A DNA stretch of 58,174 nucleotides from Salisapilia sapeloensis CBS 127946 (GCA_023334545.1 JAADVB010000107.1:1-58174), one strand, 5' to 3'. Shown: positions 20,035-31,631, counted from the first letter of the stretch. Numbers and translations are program-made. The notes: a model not told the origin generated them from the letters alone.

Positions 20035-23000
20035 ATGAGCACCGTGGACGAGCTGCGTCGGCAGCTCACGTCTCGCCAAGCACTACGTGAAGCCAATTCC
20101 TTAGAGGCTACGACAAAGGTGCGGGAAGATATCTCCCAAGGACGCGTGAAACTCAAGTCGGACATTAAAAAGTCCTCTGCGTTCGTCAAAAAGCTCAAGA
20201 CCTTGGCCGAGCACAATGCCGACGCTGTACGACGAGATGCCAAGGAGCTCAACCTCACTCGTTACATCAGTGAGTGTGTCTCGGCCATCTCCGATGCTCC
20301 GCTGAAACTCGCGGATTTATCGTCCGCCGTGCTCGTCATCTCGGAGCTGCACCAACGATACTCCGAGTTCACATCAGCACTCGCAACATCGCTCGTGAAC
20401 AGCTTTGACCAGGCAGAGACAGCTGGCAGTGGAGATGACGGCGGAAGCAAGAACCGTATCGTTCGTCGGCGTGTCGTCCTGCGACTAGTCTCGGAGCTCT
20501 ATCTCAACGGTGTCTTCTCGGACGTGAAAATCGTTACAAAGCTACTCCAGAAGGCACTAAAGAAAGACGGCTACAAGTCCAAAAGCAAATCTTCATCTAG
20601 CTCTTCGTCCAGTAGCTCCCAAGTTGAAGTCCCGTTACTCGTAAGCTTTGCGAAATCTGTTGGTGTCGAGTTTATGCGCGTCGTTCCTCGAAAGTATAAG
20701 CAATTAGATCTACCAGAGGACGAGCAAAAGACTTTGGATGACCTCTTGTCGCAATTTCAAACGTTCGTGTCAGACCAAGTGCAGGATGAGTGTCGAGAGA
20801 TGCTTCATGAAGCCTTCGACGCCATCTGCAAATACTTTTTAGCCCAGCATAAGAGTCTCGTCAAAACAGAATCTCGCAACGAGCGGGAAGAAGCGAACAA
20901 GGGAGAGGTGTCTGAGGCGCATCTGAAGGAGCTGGAGCAGGCCAAGTTCGTCTTTGAAAAGCTCCAGACGAGTCTCCAGTCACTGGCAGATGCTCTGGAT
21001 AAAGACGTTCCGCCTCTTCCTGAGAGCAAAGACGATGAAGACAACGCAGGCGGTGGCATCTCTGTGTGGGAAGGAGGAGCAGGCGACGGCACCGACTTGG
21101 TCGCAGACTCTCCTTTCGATGACGAAGACACGCGGTCATTCTACGAAGACCTGCCGGATCTTCTAGAGCTCGTGCCAGCCGTCGTACTAGGATACTCAGA
21201 AGCAGAGGTCGCAGAGCTCAAGAGTAAGAAAGAGGAAACGAAAGAAGAGGAAGAGGATGCTTTAGAGAGTGAAGAGGCGTTGGAAAAGGAGATTGAGGAA
21301 GCTGTGGTGGAAGACAAGGAAGAGGAAAAGGAAGAAAAGGAAGAGAACGCCGTATCTAGCACTGCCCAGCATGACGCGTACTTTAGCTCTCTCGAAGAGA
21401 TTGTCAACCGTGATCGATGTGACAAGGCTGCCGTCGACTTTTGCTATCGTAACTCCAAAGCTAACCGCACTCGGCTAGTACGGACGCTGTACCAGGTGCC
21501 TCGCACACAGCTGGAGCTGTTGGCGTACTATAGTCGATTAGTGGCGAGTCTCCAGAGCGTGCTAAAGGAAGACATCGCAGGCGACTTGGTCCAGATGCTC
21601 GTCAAGGAGTTTACGTTCCTCGTGGCGAAGCGAAATCAGTTCCGACTCGAAGCCAAGATCAAGAACGCCCGTTTCTTAGGTGAGCTGACAAAGTTCCGTC
21701 TGTGTCCTCCTGACACGGTCTTTCGTTGCTTAAAAAAGTGTTTTGCCGACTTTTCGGGACACAACATCGTCTTGGCAACGACCTTGTTAGAATCCTGTGG
21801 ACGTTACCTGTACTGCTCTCGTCACTCTCGTAAACGCACAGAGAACTTTTTAAACGTCATGATGCGACTGAAACAGGCCAAGCACTTGGACTCGAACTCG
21901 GAGGTACTGGTCGATAACGCGTACTACATGTGTAAACCTCCAGAGCGAAGGGAACGGCAGGTAAAGCAACGAGACCCAGTGTACACGTTCACGTTAAGAA
22001 AGCTAGAGCAGTTGGAGACAGACGCGAACGTCGTCAAGAGTCTTCGTCAGCTTCAGTGGGACGACGAAAAGACGATCCACATTGTCGTAAAAAGCATTCT
22101 GAAAGTCTGCAAGGCCAAGGCCACGCAGGCCAAGGCTATTGGGGACGTTGTACGGGCGCTGGGGAGGTACCAGGATGCTCTTCCAGTGTACCTTGTGGAC
22201 GAATTGCTGGAGCGACTGACGAGAGGGCTGGACGTGAATGACTATCGAGATCATCAGACGCTCCTGTCGTACGTGCGACTGCTGGGTGCCTTGTACACTA
22301 GAGGCGTGGTGAACCAGGCGCTTATCTTTGACATCCTCTACTCTTTCGTCCAGAGATCTCACGACCTGCTATCCTTGCCAGCGTACAACGTGCCTGCCAT
22401 GGACGAGACGCAGTTTGTCGAGATGAAGAGACGCTTTGTGCTGGTGCCAGAGATGCGCTTCGACCCTCGCGTTCCGGCTGACAATGACTCTCCAGACGAT
22501 ACGTTCCGTCTGCGTCTCGCGTGTCTCCTCTTGGAAAGCTGCTTGAGCTTGGGGAGAGGAGAAAAGTCACTGTCTAAGCCTCGACTCAAGAGGTTCATCG
22601 CGTACTTGCAACGATACTATTACAGCAAGGTCGACGTGTCTCTCGAAGCAGAGTTTGTCTACTCGGATGCGATGGATCTTGTCAAGAAGGTGGCGTTGAG
22701 AGAGCGCATGCCACGTGCAACTGACTGGGAAGAGGCGCAGGAGGAGGTGCACCAAGTGCAGCTGTCTCAACTGGCTGAAGCTGAGAAGCGAGTGGCGAAG
22801 GGACAGACGATTAATGAACTGGAACTGCTGCCGTCAGAAGATGCGATGGATGAGGACGACGGGTCCGAGTACGATGCGTCCGAGTCGGAAGAGTCGGAGG
22901 AAGGAGAGAGTGATGAAGAGGTGGTGGTCAAAGACCGAGTGGTGGAAGAAGAAGACGAACTCTTTGAGAAAGAGTTTAAGGCTATGATGCAGGCCACAGG

Positions 23001-23424
23001 TGGAGAGACGAGAAAGAGAGTCAATGTGGACAAGATGGCGCTGCCGGCCAACGTCAAGAGTGCGCCAACGACATCCGCTAGTAACAGCATGCACCAAGGA
23101 GTGCAGTTCCGGATGCTTAAGCGCGGCAACAAGGGAAAAGTGGAGGCGCGCGAGCTGATTGTGCCAGAGGAGACTGCATTGGCACAGCAGAGCCAGCTTC
23201 AGCGGGATGAAGGTAAGAAGGAGATGAACGAAGTCAAGCGACTGGTGCTGCAGAACGTCGAGCGAGACGAGATGATGGCGGCGAAAGAGATGGAGGGCAT
23301 CCGCATGGGCGCTGCTTCCTATGCTTCGCGTAATGATGAGGAGACGGCTGGGTTTGGAGGTGGGAGCGAGTGGAACAACGCCGAGTTTGGACTGCGACGA
23401 GGGCGGAGTTTCCGTGGCAAGTAA
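20035..23424 (+). CDS. UPF2: Regulator of nonsense transcripts 2 (NMD factor)
   Basis: Intronless 1129 aa with MIF4G domains (ELNLTRYISE, FDDEDTRSFYEDLPDL, KIKNARFLGELTKF, HNIVLATTLLESCGRYL) and an acidic C-terminal tail with FRMLKRGNKGKVE. Confidence 0.95.
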   Translation: MSTVDELRRQLTSRQALREANSLEATTKVREDISQGRVKLKSDIKKSSAFVKKLKTLAEHNADAVRRDAKELNLTRYISECVSAISDAPLKLADLSSAVLVISELHQRYSEFTSALATSLVNSFDQAETAGSGDDGGSKNRIVRRRVVLRLVSELYLNGVFSDVKIVTKLLQKALKKDGYKSKSKSSSSSSSSSSQVEVPLLVSFAKSVGVEFMRVVPRKYKQLDLPEDEQKTLDDLLSQFQTFVSDQVQDECREMLHEAFDAICKYFLAQHKSLVKTESRNEREEANKGEVSEAHLKELEQAKFVFEKLQTSLQSLADALDKDVPPLPESKDDEDNAGGGISVWEGGAGDGTDLVADSPFDDEDTRSFYEDLPDLLELVPAVVLGYSEAEVAELKSKKEETKEEEEDALESEEALEKEIEEAVVEDKEEEKEEKEENAVSSTAQHDAYFSSLEEIVNRDRCDKAAVDFCYRNSKANRTRLVRTLYQVPRTQLELLAYYSRLVASLQSVLKEDIAGDLVQMLVKEFTFLVAKRNQFRLEAKIKNARFLGELTKFRLCPPDTVFRCLKKCFADFSGHNIVLATTLLESCGRYLYCSRHSRKRTENFLNVMMRLKQAKHLDSNSEVLVDNAYYMCKPPERRERQVKQRDPVYTFTLRKLEQLETDANVVKSLRQLQWDDEKTIHIVVKSILKVCKAKATQAKAIGDVVRALGRYQDALPVYLVDELLERLTRGLDVNDYRDHQTLLSYVRLLGALYTRGVVNQALIFDILYSFVQRSHDLLSLPAYNVPAMDETQFVEMKRRFVLVPEMRFDPRVPADNDSPDDTFRLRLACLLLESCLSLGRGEKSLSKPRLKRFIAYLQRYYYSKVDVSLEAEFVYSDAMDLVKKVALRERMPRATDWEEAQEEVHQVQLSQLAEAEKRVAKGQTINELELLPSEDAMDEDDGSEYDASESEESEEGESDEEVVVKDRVVEEEDELFEKEFKAMMQATGGETRKRVNVDKMALPANVKSAPTTSASNSMHQGVQFRMLKRGNKGKVEARELIVPEETALAQQSQLQRDEGKKEMNEVKRLVLQNVERDEMMAAKEMEGIRMGAASYASRNDEETAGFGGGSEWNNAEFGLRRGRSFRGK

Positions 23425-24364
23425 GCGAGGAACGTGCTTTCGTCGCGCTGACAAAGAGTATCGGTCAAACGAGCCTGGCAAACGAATGCATTTGCACTAG
23501 TCTTGAAAAAAGCAACGTGGTCACGATGAAGGCAGGATTTGCTTTGGCGATTATCGCGACGCCAACGTAAGGTCTCGCCGTTCGTCAGTCCAGATCCTAA
23601 TGTCCTAATGACCTTGCCAACATGCAGACTCGTTTTTCTTTCGATCCTTCAAGTACATTCTGTGCCAGTTCGATTGTTTTGCAGACTATACGCATGTGGT
23701 GACGAGATCAACGCTCTCTGCGTGGAGCGCTAGCTGTTTAACTACAGGTTTCCACTGCCATTGTGCATGAACAGTTCTACAACCAGCAGCGATCACGACT
23801 CGATGACACAATTGCAAACGCAAGAAGGTTCCAATTGCAAATGCAGATCTCTAGAGCATGTTGCTACATAGCCTATTCCGGTCTCGACAGCAGTATCTCT
23901 CTCAACTATGATAAGCGGGATCGTATACTTCATCAATAGTTTAAAAGTTCAGATCAACCATGGCAAGGCATGTCTATGTAATCCTAGGTTGCTTCCTAAG
24001 CATGCCGCAGCTATCATCAAGCACACAAGCCTACGGTCGATCGCAATGCATGGTTTCATTGCAAGCTAAAATGATGCCTGTCATTGAGCCATCGCGATGA
24101 TGACTCCAGGTACCTTGGTAAGCCAAGTAGACCTCATGGCATGTCTCTTGTAAACTGATTACATGCGCATTTTATCCCGGACAAGGATCGTGGTGTCGAC
24201 TGTAGGAAGACTGTACTTGATAATCTAAGACGGCACTTCTTCAAGCACGAAAGAGGACTCATCACACGAGTCTAGACGACGAATACTTCCGGCCTTTTTC
24301 ATCTATCACATGCTTCTATCCCTCTACCCTTAGCCGTCCGTGAACTTTGTCAGTGATTCTAAAT

Positions 24365-27300
24365 ATGACCCTTCGAGGTACCTTCATGCACCTGCAGGCG
24401 CCACCAACGCCAGAAGCCCCACCAGGCCTGGTCTTTTTACCCAACGCCTCCACGCCAGTCACGATCGGATGCGTCGTGTTGTACGCATCTCTAGCGGCGA
24501 TTGCAGCCCTGCGAGCTCGCTCCTTACGACCACCGCCACGCTCGTCCCCAGACAATGCTCGCGTCGGTTATAATTTCCAATGGCTTTTAGCAGCTTTCGC
24601 CATGGTCCGAGCTTTGAGCTTTGTAGGAAGAGCTGCCGCCAGGGACTTGCTCAACCGCACAGCATTATGTCTATTTTTCTCCCTCGTCCTCTTCCAAGTC
24701 CTCTTCTGGGTCGACATTGCTAATCCAAAAGTGTCATTACGATCTAGATGGATCTGGAAGGCCTTTGTCTTATCAAATCTTGTCTTCTACGCACTAGTTC
24801 TCGGCCTGGCACTCCTTCAGCTCTGGTTGCACGACAAAAATCATCCTGAAAGCACTGATTGGGAAGGTGAAGAGGAGATCTCGACGTCGACAGTCTTCAC
24901 TGGCATCGTTCCTGTCTTGTTAATTTCTTTGGGCAGTTTCATAAGTGCGTTAGGACTTCTCATGACCACTTGCAAGACCCGTCGTCGCGTCGGGCGTGTC
25001 CTGAAGCAGTCTCAGTCCTTCGCCGCGACAGTCCCAGAGATGATTCAAAACCGGAGGAGACCGATGAATGAGCACATGGCTGCCAAACTACAGCGTGCTC
25101 TCCAACTAACTATCTTTGTCATGATCGTATGCTCTATTGTTTTCTTCCTACGCGCCGTCTTGTATCTCCAGCGTCCCTTCTCCCATCGAGGTTGTGGAGA
25201 TCTGGAAGACCCGGATGTATGTGTTGTCGTCGGATACGCCATTCCAGAAGTGCTGCCTTGCGTCCTGTTTCTAATCCTCATGTGGCAGATCGACCCCGGG
25301 TTCAGTGCACTCTCAGAGCAACAGTCCAGTGCACGCATGCAGGCAGTGGAGACGACGCCACTGCTGGAAATACAGCAGGCTCAGAATAACTCTTGGTCTC
25401 TATTCACTCATTACACCAAGGAGAAAAAGGTGGTGAAGAAACAGTCCACGCCACTGTCCAAAGGTCTCGGTCAGAACGTCCTGCAACGAGCCAAGCGACG
25501 ACTTGGGGCCTTTAAGCGCCGCATGAGCTCCTCTAGTACGATGAATCGAGATTTGGAGAGGTACCAGTCCTCCAGCGACGCCGCTGACTTAAGTGCAAGC
25601 TTGCCAGACATGAATGTCGAGAGGGAGATGGAGAACTTTGCTAGCAGCGCACCTGAAGATACACAACTTCCACCTGCTGTACCGAACAGTCCGATCTCAT
25701 CCGACATTGCCTCTGCGTGGTTTTCCTTCCACTGCTTTAGTCTCCAATTACCCACTGTCTTTTCACCAAGTTTCCTCGTCTTGTACCGACAGAATGACTC
25801 ATTGGCAGACCCATTGACAGAGCTCGGTCGAACAGAAGTGTCGACGGACAGAGACCCTTCCTTCCATTTGCTCTTAGCAGTAGAAGCTCGTCCGCAAGAT
25901 CTCCTTCGTGCCTCTATCTACTCTGTACGGAACTTTCAGACGCTATCAGACGTACGGACACAGTGGCTTGTAGGTTTCTGCGACCTAGAGCTCTCTTCCT
26001 ATATGTCCAACGACTGTTTCGAGCTAGGCAAAGCGACTGTCCATAGTCTCGCATCTCCTCTCACTCGATCTAACTCTTCTGGAGAAATCGTCGTCAGATG
26101 CGAGGCGATGGTGAAGAAGGCAGGAAAAGGCATTCGAGACGATGGCAAGCAGCGTGTTACGAGAGCGTTTACGTACTTGTCACAGGAAGAAGACGCGTCG
26201 CAGGAAGGACAGAACAAAATGCTAGTCGAAGAGGAACTGGTTGAAAGTGCTTTTACGTGGGAAGTGCCGTATCAGCTGTTGCAGCTCGTGTTGCATAGTC
26301 TCGTAGAGCAATTGGATCGACTAAAGGAAGAGAATGGGGGGAGTAACGATGAAGACGAGGAGGAGGAAGTGCATAAGCTACAGGCATCTCCGTCTATGGA
26401 CGTTGAAATGGTAGGTAGCGTTGAAAGCGACACTGGCGGCGACGCGAGTAGCGTCCAGATGCAAGAGACGACTGACGACTTCGATCTAACTCGACCTCGT
26501 AATGCGTCTAGTATCGGCATTCTGTCCGAGCTGATCCATCAGATCCAGGACGACGCTTTAGAACGTAAGAAGCGCAAGTGGCGACTAGAGCTCATTGCCA
26601 AGACGGAAAAGTACATTGCCGAGGTGGAAGATGCGATCGTTCGGTACGGAAACTCACTCCAATGCGACCTTTCCTTTAAACCAAGCACCATGAAGGCTGA
26701 TTCAGCACTCAAGTTCTTGCCGTTGAATCTCCATCAGCACCTTATGACTGTCGGCACAGCCGTCCCGACGTCCAAGCATGACGTGTCTTCCAAAGGCAGT
26801 CGGTACAAGAAGATGCTATCGCAAGTTCCTTCGATGTCTCCAAGTGAATCCGCCGACAGCGACGTCATGGAAGTCACGAATGAAATCGACGACACGTTCC
26901 TCGATCTCGACAACACCAATACCAGCATGGAGCAGGTGGAGCAGACGCAAATGCAGCCGCATGAAGCTCTGAGGCAGCGTGTCATCTCTTTCGAATCAGC
27001 GCAGAATCTGGTAGAGCAGGAGAGAGCACAGAGGCAGGAAGTGCCGACGGAACAACGAAAGCTCGCAGAGACGATTGTCGCGTTAGGTATGAGCGAAAAG
27101 GATTTGACACATGTCGATGCATCGGAGAGTGGAGACAGCTCTCCGAGTGATAAAGAAGGTCAGTTTGCAGTGGACGAAGGAGACGACATCGCCAACTACC
27201 CTCACAACGGCGGGTGGAGTCGTCGCTCTCGCTCCCAGAAACCCACTTCCACTCCTTTCCAGCACTTCCGCATGTACGCCACGACTACCGTGGGAGCATT

Positions 27301-28564
27301 TGCAGCTCATGCGTATGGTTTCAGACAAGGTGGAGTGCGGCAGCTGAAGGACAAGCTAGAGCAGTTGCGAGAAACGTTAGCTCAAGAGGCAGAGAGACCT
27401 CGATCGGACTTGACGATGGAGGCGTTGGAAAGGCAAGTGAATGAACTCCGGTGGCACATTGATCGACGGATGGAAGTCGTCTTCTGCCAAGCTCTAGGTG
27501 CACTCGTCACGTGTGTCCAGCAGACGCTTTTCGTCCAGTTGCACAATTTCATCGGCGATGGGTCTTCCAAGACAGACATGGACTTGAACTACCTGGAGAT
27601 GATATCAAGTATCGGCTTCCTCTTTAGCGTCGAAAGTCTTCTGTCGACGTATAGGAACGAGGCTGGTATGCTTGGAGACATGGATGCTGCCGTGAAACAA
27701 CTTGCGAGGATTAGCATCCGTCTGAAACCAGTGTACAACCCAGACGATGCTGCCTACCGAGTGCTCATCGAATCCGACTCGAGCCGAGGTGTTGTGGTCA
27801 ACGTTCCTGTCATCATCGCAGACGCATCGAGCCACATTGACAGAACCATGCACCGCATACCTGGTCAGGACGCACCCACCGCAGCTGTTTATCTATCACT
27901 TAGCAGTCCAGAGCACAAGGAGCGTGCTAAGAAGCTGTTTAAGCAGTACATCCAAGTCGTTCCTGTGCTCTTCTCTCAAGGCATTAACGAGATGCAGACG
28001 GTGGCCAACACTGTCGGTCGCAATGCGTTGCAGAGAGACATTAACTCTGAAAGTGTCGTGTTGCTGGAAGAGTACTCGAATCGTTTTGCTATATGGTGTG
28101 ATGAGCATGAGACGACATTACATAGGCGACTGGGGCAGGAAACAGAGCTCGAGACGGCCATGTATGACAAGGAAAACAGGACGCTGATCAAGCAGCTTCT
28201 GGCAAGACTGCATGTTAATGTGCACGAATCTGGTCGGTCGAAACGCATGGCAATCTTAAGTTTGTCGTCGAGTATTGCGAGATGCATGGGCGGTGGGCGC
28301 GTTACCTGTTGCAAGTCAGCGAAAGACCGCACGGCTATGTCGATTACGCTGGAGGAAGCGAATCTTCTCGTTCGACTGCACAACTTGCCCCCGCAACGAG
28401 CACCAGCGCTTGTAGCCGTAATGAGAACCAGTGGCGTTAGGATAGAAAACGCGTTCAAGAACATTGGCAAGCGTCAGTTCGCCTTTAACATGCTCCAGCG
28501 ATCGTTGTTGCCAGAGGAGTATCGATGTCCAGATCAAGTCGGCGGAACTGGAAATGAAAGTTAA
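24365..28564 (+). CDS. GPCR-like 7TM domain fused to C2 and inositol polyphosphate 4-phosphatase (GPCR-INPP)
   Basis: About seven hydrophobic helices in aa ~40-320 (TOM1/GPCR-like), a C2-like segment (ELGRTEV...DPSF), INPP4 motifs FKPST.K...L.FLPLNLH and VPVLFSQGINEMQT, and catalytic CX5R CKSAKDRT. Intronless. The first ATG is 24365 (the ORF track starts at GTG 24347). Confidence 0.9.
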   Translation: MTLRGTFMHLQAPPTPEAPPGLVFLPNASTPVTIGCVVLYASLAAIAALRARSLRPPPRSSPDNARVGYNFQWLLAAFAMVRALSFVGRAAARDLLNRTALCLFFSLVLFQVLFWVDIANPKVSLRSRWIWKAFVLSNLVFYALVLGLALLQLWLHDKNHPESTDWEGEEEISTSTVFTGIVPVLLISLGSFISALGLLMTTCKTRRRVGRVLKQSQSFAATVPEMIQNRRRPMNEHMAAKLQRALQLTIFVMIVCSIVFFLRAVLYLQRPFSHRGCGDLEDPDVCVVVGYAIPEVLPCVLFLILMWQIDPGFSALSEQQSSARMQAVETTPLLEIQQAQNNSWSLFTHYTKEKKVVKKQSTPLSKGLGQNVLQRAKRRLGAFKRRMSSSSTMNRDLERYQSSSDAADLSASLPDMNVEREMENFASSAPEDTQLPPAVPNSPISSDIASAWFSFHCFSLQLPTVFSPSFLVLYRQNDSLADPLTELGRTEVSTDRDPSFHLLLAVEARPQDLLRASIYSVRNFQTLSDVRTQWLVGFCDLELSSYMSNDCFELGKATVHSLASPLTRSNSSGEIVVRCEAMVKKAGKGIRDDGKQRVTRAFTYLSQEEDASQEGQNKMLVEEELVESAFTWEVPYQLLQLVLHSLVEQLDRLKEENGGSNDEDEEEEVHKLQASPSMDVEMVGSVESDTGGDASSVQMQETTDDFDLTRPRNASSIGILSELIHQIQDDALERKKRKWRLELIAKTEKYIAEVEDAIVRYGNSLQCDLSFKPSTMKADSALKFLPLNLHQHLMTVGTAVPTSKHDVSSKGSRYKKMLSQVPSMSPSESADSDVMEVTNEIDDTFLDLDNTNTSMEQVEQTQMQPHEALRQRVISFESAQNLVEQERAQRQEVPTEQRKLAETIVALGMSEKDLTHVDASESGDSSPSDKEGQFAVDEGDDIANYPHNGGWSRRSRSQKPTSTPFQHFRMYATTTVGAFAAHAYGFRQGGVRQLKDKLEQLRETLAQEAERPRSDLTMEALERQVNELRWHIDRRMEVVFCQALGALVTCVQQTLFVQLHNFIGDGSSKTDMDLNYLEMISSIGFLFSVESLLSTYRNEAGMLGDMDAAVKQLARISIRLKPVYNPDDAAYRVLIESDSSRGVVVNVPVIIADASSHIDRTMHRIPGQDAPTAAVYLSLSSPEHKERAKKLFKQYIQVVPVLFSQGINEMQTVANTVGRNALQRDINSESVVLLEEYSNRFAIWCDEHETTLHRRLGQETELETAMYDKENRTLIKQLLARLHVNVHESGRSKRMAILSLSSSIARCMGGGRVTCCKSAKDRTAMSITLEEANLLVRLHNLPPQRAPALVAVMRTSGVRIENAFKNIGKRQFAFNMLQRSLLPEEYRCPDQVGGTGNES

Positions 28565-29014
28565 GTTTACGCATGTTTCGAAGACTAAACGATTCTGTAC
28601 TATACTCCTAATTTCGTCAAGATTAATACTGCTTGTTTTTAACTTCTACCTTACTGTAGTGTATCGTGCATTTCATACAAATGTATATCTTGGCGCGCTT
28701 TGCGTTCAAAACTCAAGTATTCTTAACTTGCTGTTTGTATTGAGGCGCCGATTATGACGAGGATAAGGCGACACGGTTAAATCGATCCAACTGGGAAATT
28801 TGAAGTAGAACAAGCAATGGGCGTTCTTGTTCGAGGAGGGCGTGAAGCCATACCGATATTTTTCATAAATATAACTGCGTGGTCCAATGACTCAGACTGA
28901 AGTGCTTAATACTTGTAATCGAAATACGTGTACTAAGTTTACTTTTACTTGCTATTGATTTTGTTTCCAAAAATTAAAAGTGCCATGAGGAAGCATTTGC
29001 ATCCGATGGTCCGA

Positions 29015-30028
29015 CTAGGCCGTTCGAGTTGTCAAGATGTCTCGCATCGACATCCTTCGTGAAGTAGACTTTTCATCCGCTTGCGAAGGTGTGGGACGAG
29101 ATGACGCGGGCGTTTGACTCGATGCATTGTTTTTGAACGATGTCAAGAGTGACGCATCCACGAGCAGATTAAGTGGTGGCATTGCGTTTGTCTTGTCTCC
29201 TTGCTTATTTCCTTCCCATTCCGAGCCTTCGCTTCCTTTTGGAATTCCACAAACGGAGGACGGAGAGAAGTGGTGACTTGGGCCCATGGACCCCTCCGTT
29301 CCATTCAGTCGCTTCGGACTGATAGATGGTAACTCATTGGCAGACATGTGCGGGGATGTTAGGAATGGTGGCGTAACGAATTGCTGCTGGTCGTATGACG
29401 GTCGACGGGATTTTGAGCCGGCATCGTTCCATCGAGGACACGCTTCCGGTAAGTTGGTAGCAACGGTAAGCGACGGTTTCGAACTCGACTGCATTTGTGC
29501 GTTCGAGTGGCTTTCTTGAGTAGGCGCGTTCGGGTCTTGCGGCATCTTCACTTGCAACAACCTCTTCGCACTGGCCCCACGAAGTGAAGCAGTGTTGGGA
29601 TAGAGGACAGAAACCGGGGAGGAGCTTGCATCGGACTCGAGTTTCCGGCGGAGGTTGTCGATAGCTTCATGGCGAATGCGCTCTACATTCTTCTCGCTGC
29701 GGAAACCCAGGTAAGGCCAACGACGGATACCAAGTGAGCGACAGACACGAATGAGCGTTCGGCTGGAGATACCGAGATCTTCAGCAGCTTTTTTGGCAGT
29801 CGAAGTGAAAAACGCGGCAAGGACGTCAAAAGACAGCGTTTTAATACCGTGACGAGTATGTACTCGGACAACGTACGAAGCGTAAGCCGCTTCAAGTGCA
29901 GACCGTCGTGGGGTCGTAGGTCTCATTTGGCGCGAGTGCCCCATCGCGGTCATGCAGCTGGTGGGATTTGAGCGGTCCGTTGAGATAGCACTGGGCGGCG
30001 CCGAATAATACTGAAGCGTAGAGTTCAT
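29015..30028 (-). CDS. RWP-RK (NIN-like) transcription factor
   Basis: LSFDVLAAFFTSTAKKAAEDLGISSRTLIRVCRSLGIRRWPY followed by a low-complexity tail ending in an SMRDIL-type motif. Confidence 0.85.
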   Translation of the reverse strand: MNSTLQYYSAPPSAISTDRSNPTSCMTAMGHSRQMRPTTPRRSALEAAYASYVVRVHTRHGIKTLSFDVLAAFFTSTAKKAAEDLGISSRTLIRVCRSLGIRRWPYLGFRSEKNVERIRHEAIDNLRRKLESDASSSPVSVLYPNTASLRGASAKRLLQVKMPQDPNAPTQESHSNAQMQSSSKPSLTVATNLPEACPRWNDAGSKSRRPSYDQQQFVTPPFLTSPHMSANELPSISPKRLNGTEGSMGPSHHFSPSSVCGIPKGSEGSEWEGNKQGDKTNAMPPLNLLVDASLLTSFKNNASSQTPASSRPTPSQADEKSTSRRMSMRDILTTRTA

Positions 30029-30117
30029 GCTGTAGAAGAGTGGTCAAGAAGTTGTTGACCGTCTTGGTGTGGACGTTACAGAAACCAGAAATAGACCTGG
30101 TGTTGGCAGCAGCAAGC

Positions 30118-30131
30118 GAATTGGAAAATGG
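30118..30131 (-). promoter_or_regulatory. INR+FPR core promoter of the RWP-RK gene
   Basis: Minus-strand CCATTTTCCAATTC fits YCATTYBNNNWTTY, ~90 nt upstream of ATG 30028. Confidence 0.55.
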
Positions 30132-31001
30132 ACCAAGTGAACCTAAGATAAGGTCTGGATTGAGAAATGTAGGCGGCGGGTAGCACGAAGTGGAAAGTCG
30201 TATTGCGAAACGCGACTGGAAGAGTTCAGACGACTGGCAAGTCGTCGCTGTCGGGACGAGCGAAAAAGAAGAAGGAAAGAAGAGCAAATGGAAGAATTGC
30301 CGTAAGTTTTCCTCTTTTTCGATCCATCATACCTTTTGGCCATCGCGCAGGCCAAACGTCTGTTATTTCTTCTGGTTGGAATGTGCATGGAAAGCTGACG
30401 GATACGTGAAAGGTACATCTGTCAAAGCATTGGGAATTGATGGCTTACAATGTCTGAAGGAGTACGGAGTAAAGTTTGCTTGGAAATGAAAGACATATCA
30501 TGTGCTACGTCCGACTTGCTAACGGGTGTATCTGATATCCACTGGTTCAAGAGGACGCGGTAGCTCACGGTACCAAAACGGTTAAGACTCATTTGTTCGC
30601 TTTCGTCATTGGAACTTATCGCATTTGAACCTACAACGACGACTCCTGGCGTGCGGAATATCGCAAAAGGTGGCCGATTGACCCTTCAGACGAAGCACTA
30701 CGTGTCCGTATCTCTTGCAGATGAGGGACGCTTCTAACGAACTCGATTAAAAGCACCTTTCTTATTCCCGCCGGACCGTTCTAGACTTTCGTTTTTCATA
30801 AGTAGTAGTGTCCGTCTCGATTGCTTCAGGCAGCGCATACCAAACCCAGATTCAACTCAGTGCGTCGACAGGCGAAAGCACGAATGTTGCGAAAGACTCT
30901 AACGTTCGAGCCCATAGAGCATCCAGGATACGCTTAAGAGATACAAACAGTGTTTAAATGCTATAGTGCCGACACTCGAGCAGTGAAATAGGCAGAAAAT
31001 G

Positions 31002-31631
31002 TCATGCCAAGGAATAGTTATGGCTAGTGCACGTACTTGAAGATAGACTGCCAAGTTGCGTCGACAAATTGTGTGACTTTCTGTTGTTCGATGAATTCTC
31101 TTTTGGTCGCATCATGCGTTGTCCTTTGTAGAGCTTTATCCCAGCTCTACCTTTATTTCCTACCAGGCGATAGCTCTGTGCTGAATCCTCTGCAAAATTC
31201 ACATTGCATGCAGCATACTTGATAGCATTTCATTGCATAAGATATTGAAATGACAAGTCAAGACCTGCCTGTTTCATCTCCATAATACTTATGCTTACGC
31301 AACGCTCTGTTTCTATCTCCTGTCGGCCATTTTTGAATAACACGAACGTGTGTACGTAGAAGAAATCGGCTAAGACATCCATAATACAATCCAAGTGGCG
31401 GATAAGAAATTTTTTGTACTTTTCTAAGGTCACTTTTGGGCGCAAGACGTGCACAAATGTTTCTACTCTTTACCTCACCCGTGGTCTAGTCGTCACCAGA
31501 CTTTCTTTATTTGGTTGCTGAGTGTCCAGTTTCCGCAAAAAGTCGGGACTGAGCAAAGAAGGATGTGATTGTGAGCTACGTGGCGGCTCAATAGTAACAT
31601 GGAACGATAACAAAGTTAAGCACGATTTCAT
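31002..31631 (-). CDS. Putative multi-exon gene of unknown function
   Basis: Short coding-like segments (MKSCLTLLSFHVTIEPPR..., KYKKFLIRHLDCIMDVLADFF, EIETERCVSISIMEMK) separated by GT-AG-like spacers. Splice phases are not fully resolved. Confidence 0.35.

Noticed and set aside
30553-30620. tRNA-like start GGACGCGGTAGCTCA
   Set aside because: No matching D-stem closure, T-loop (TTCGA) or acceptor-stem complement downstream.
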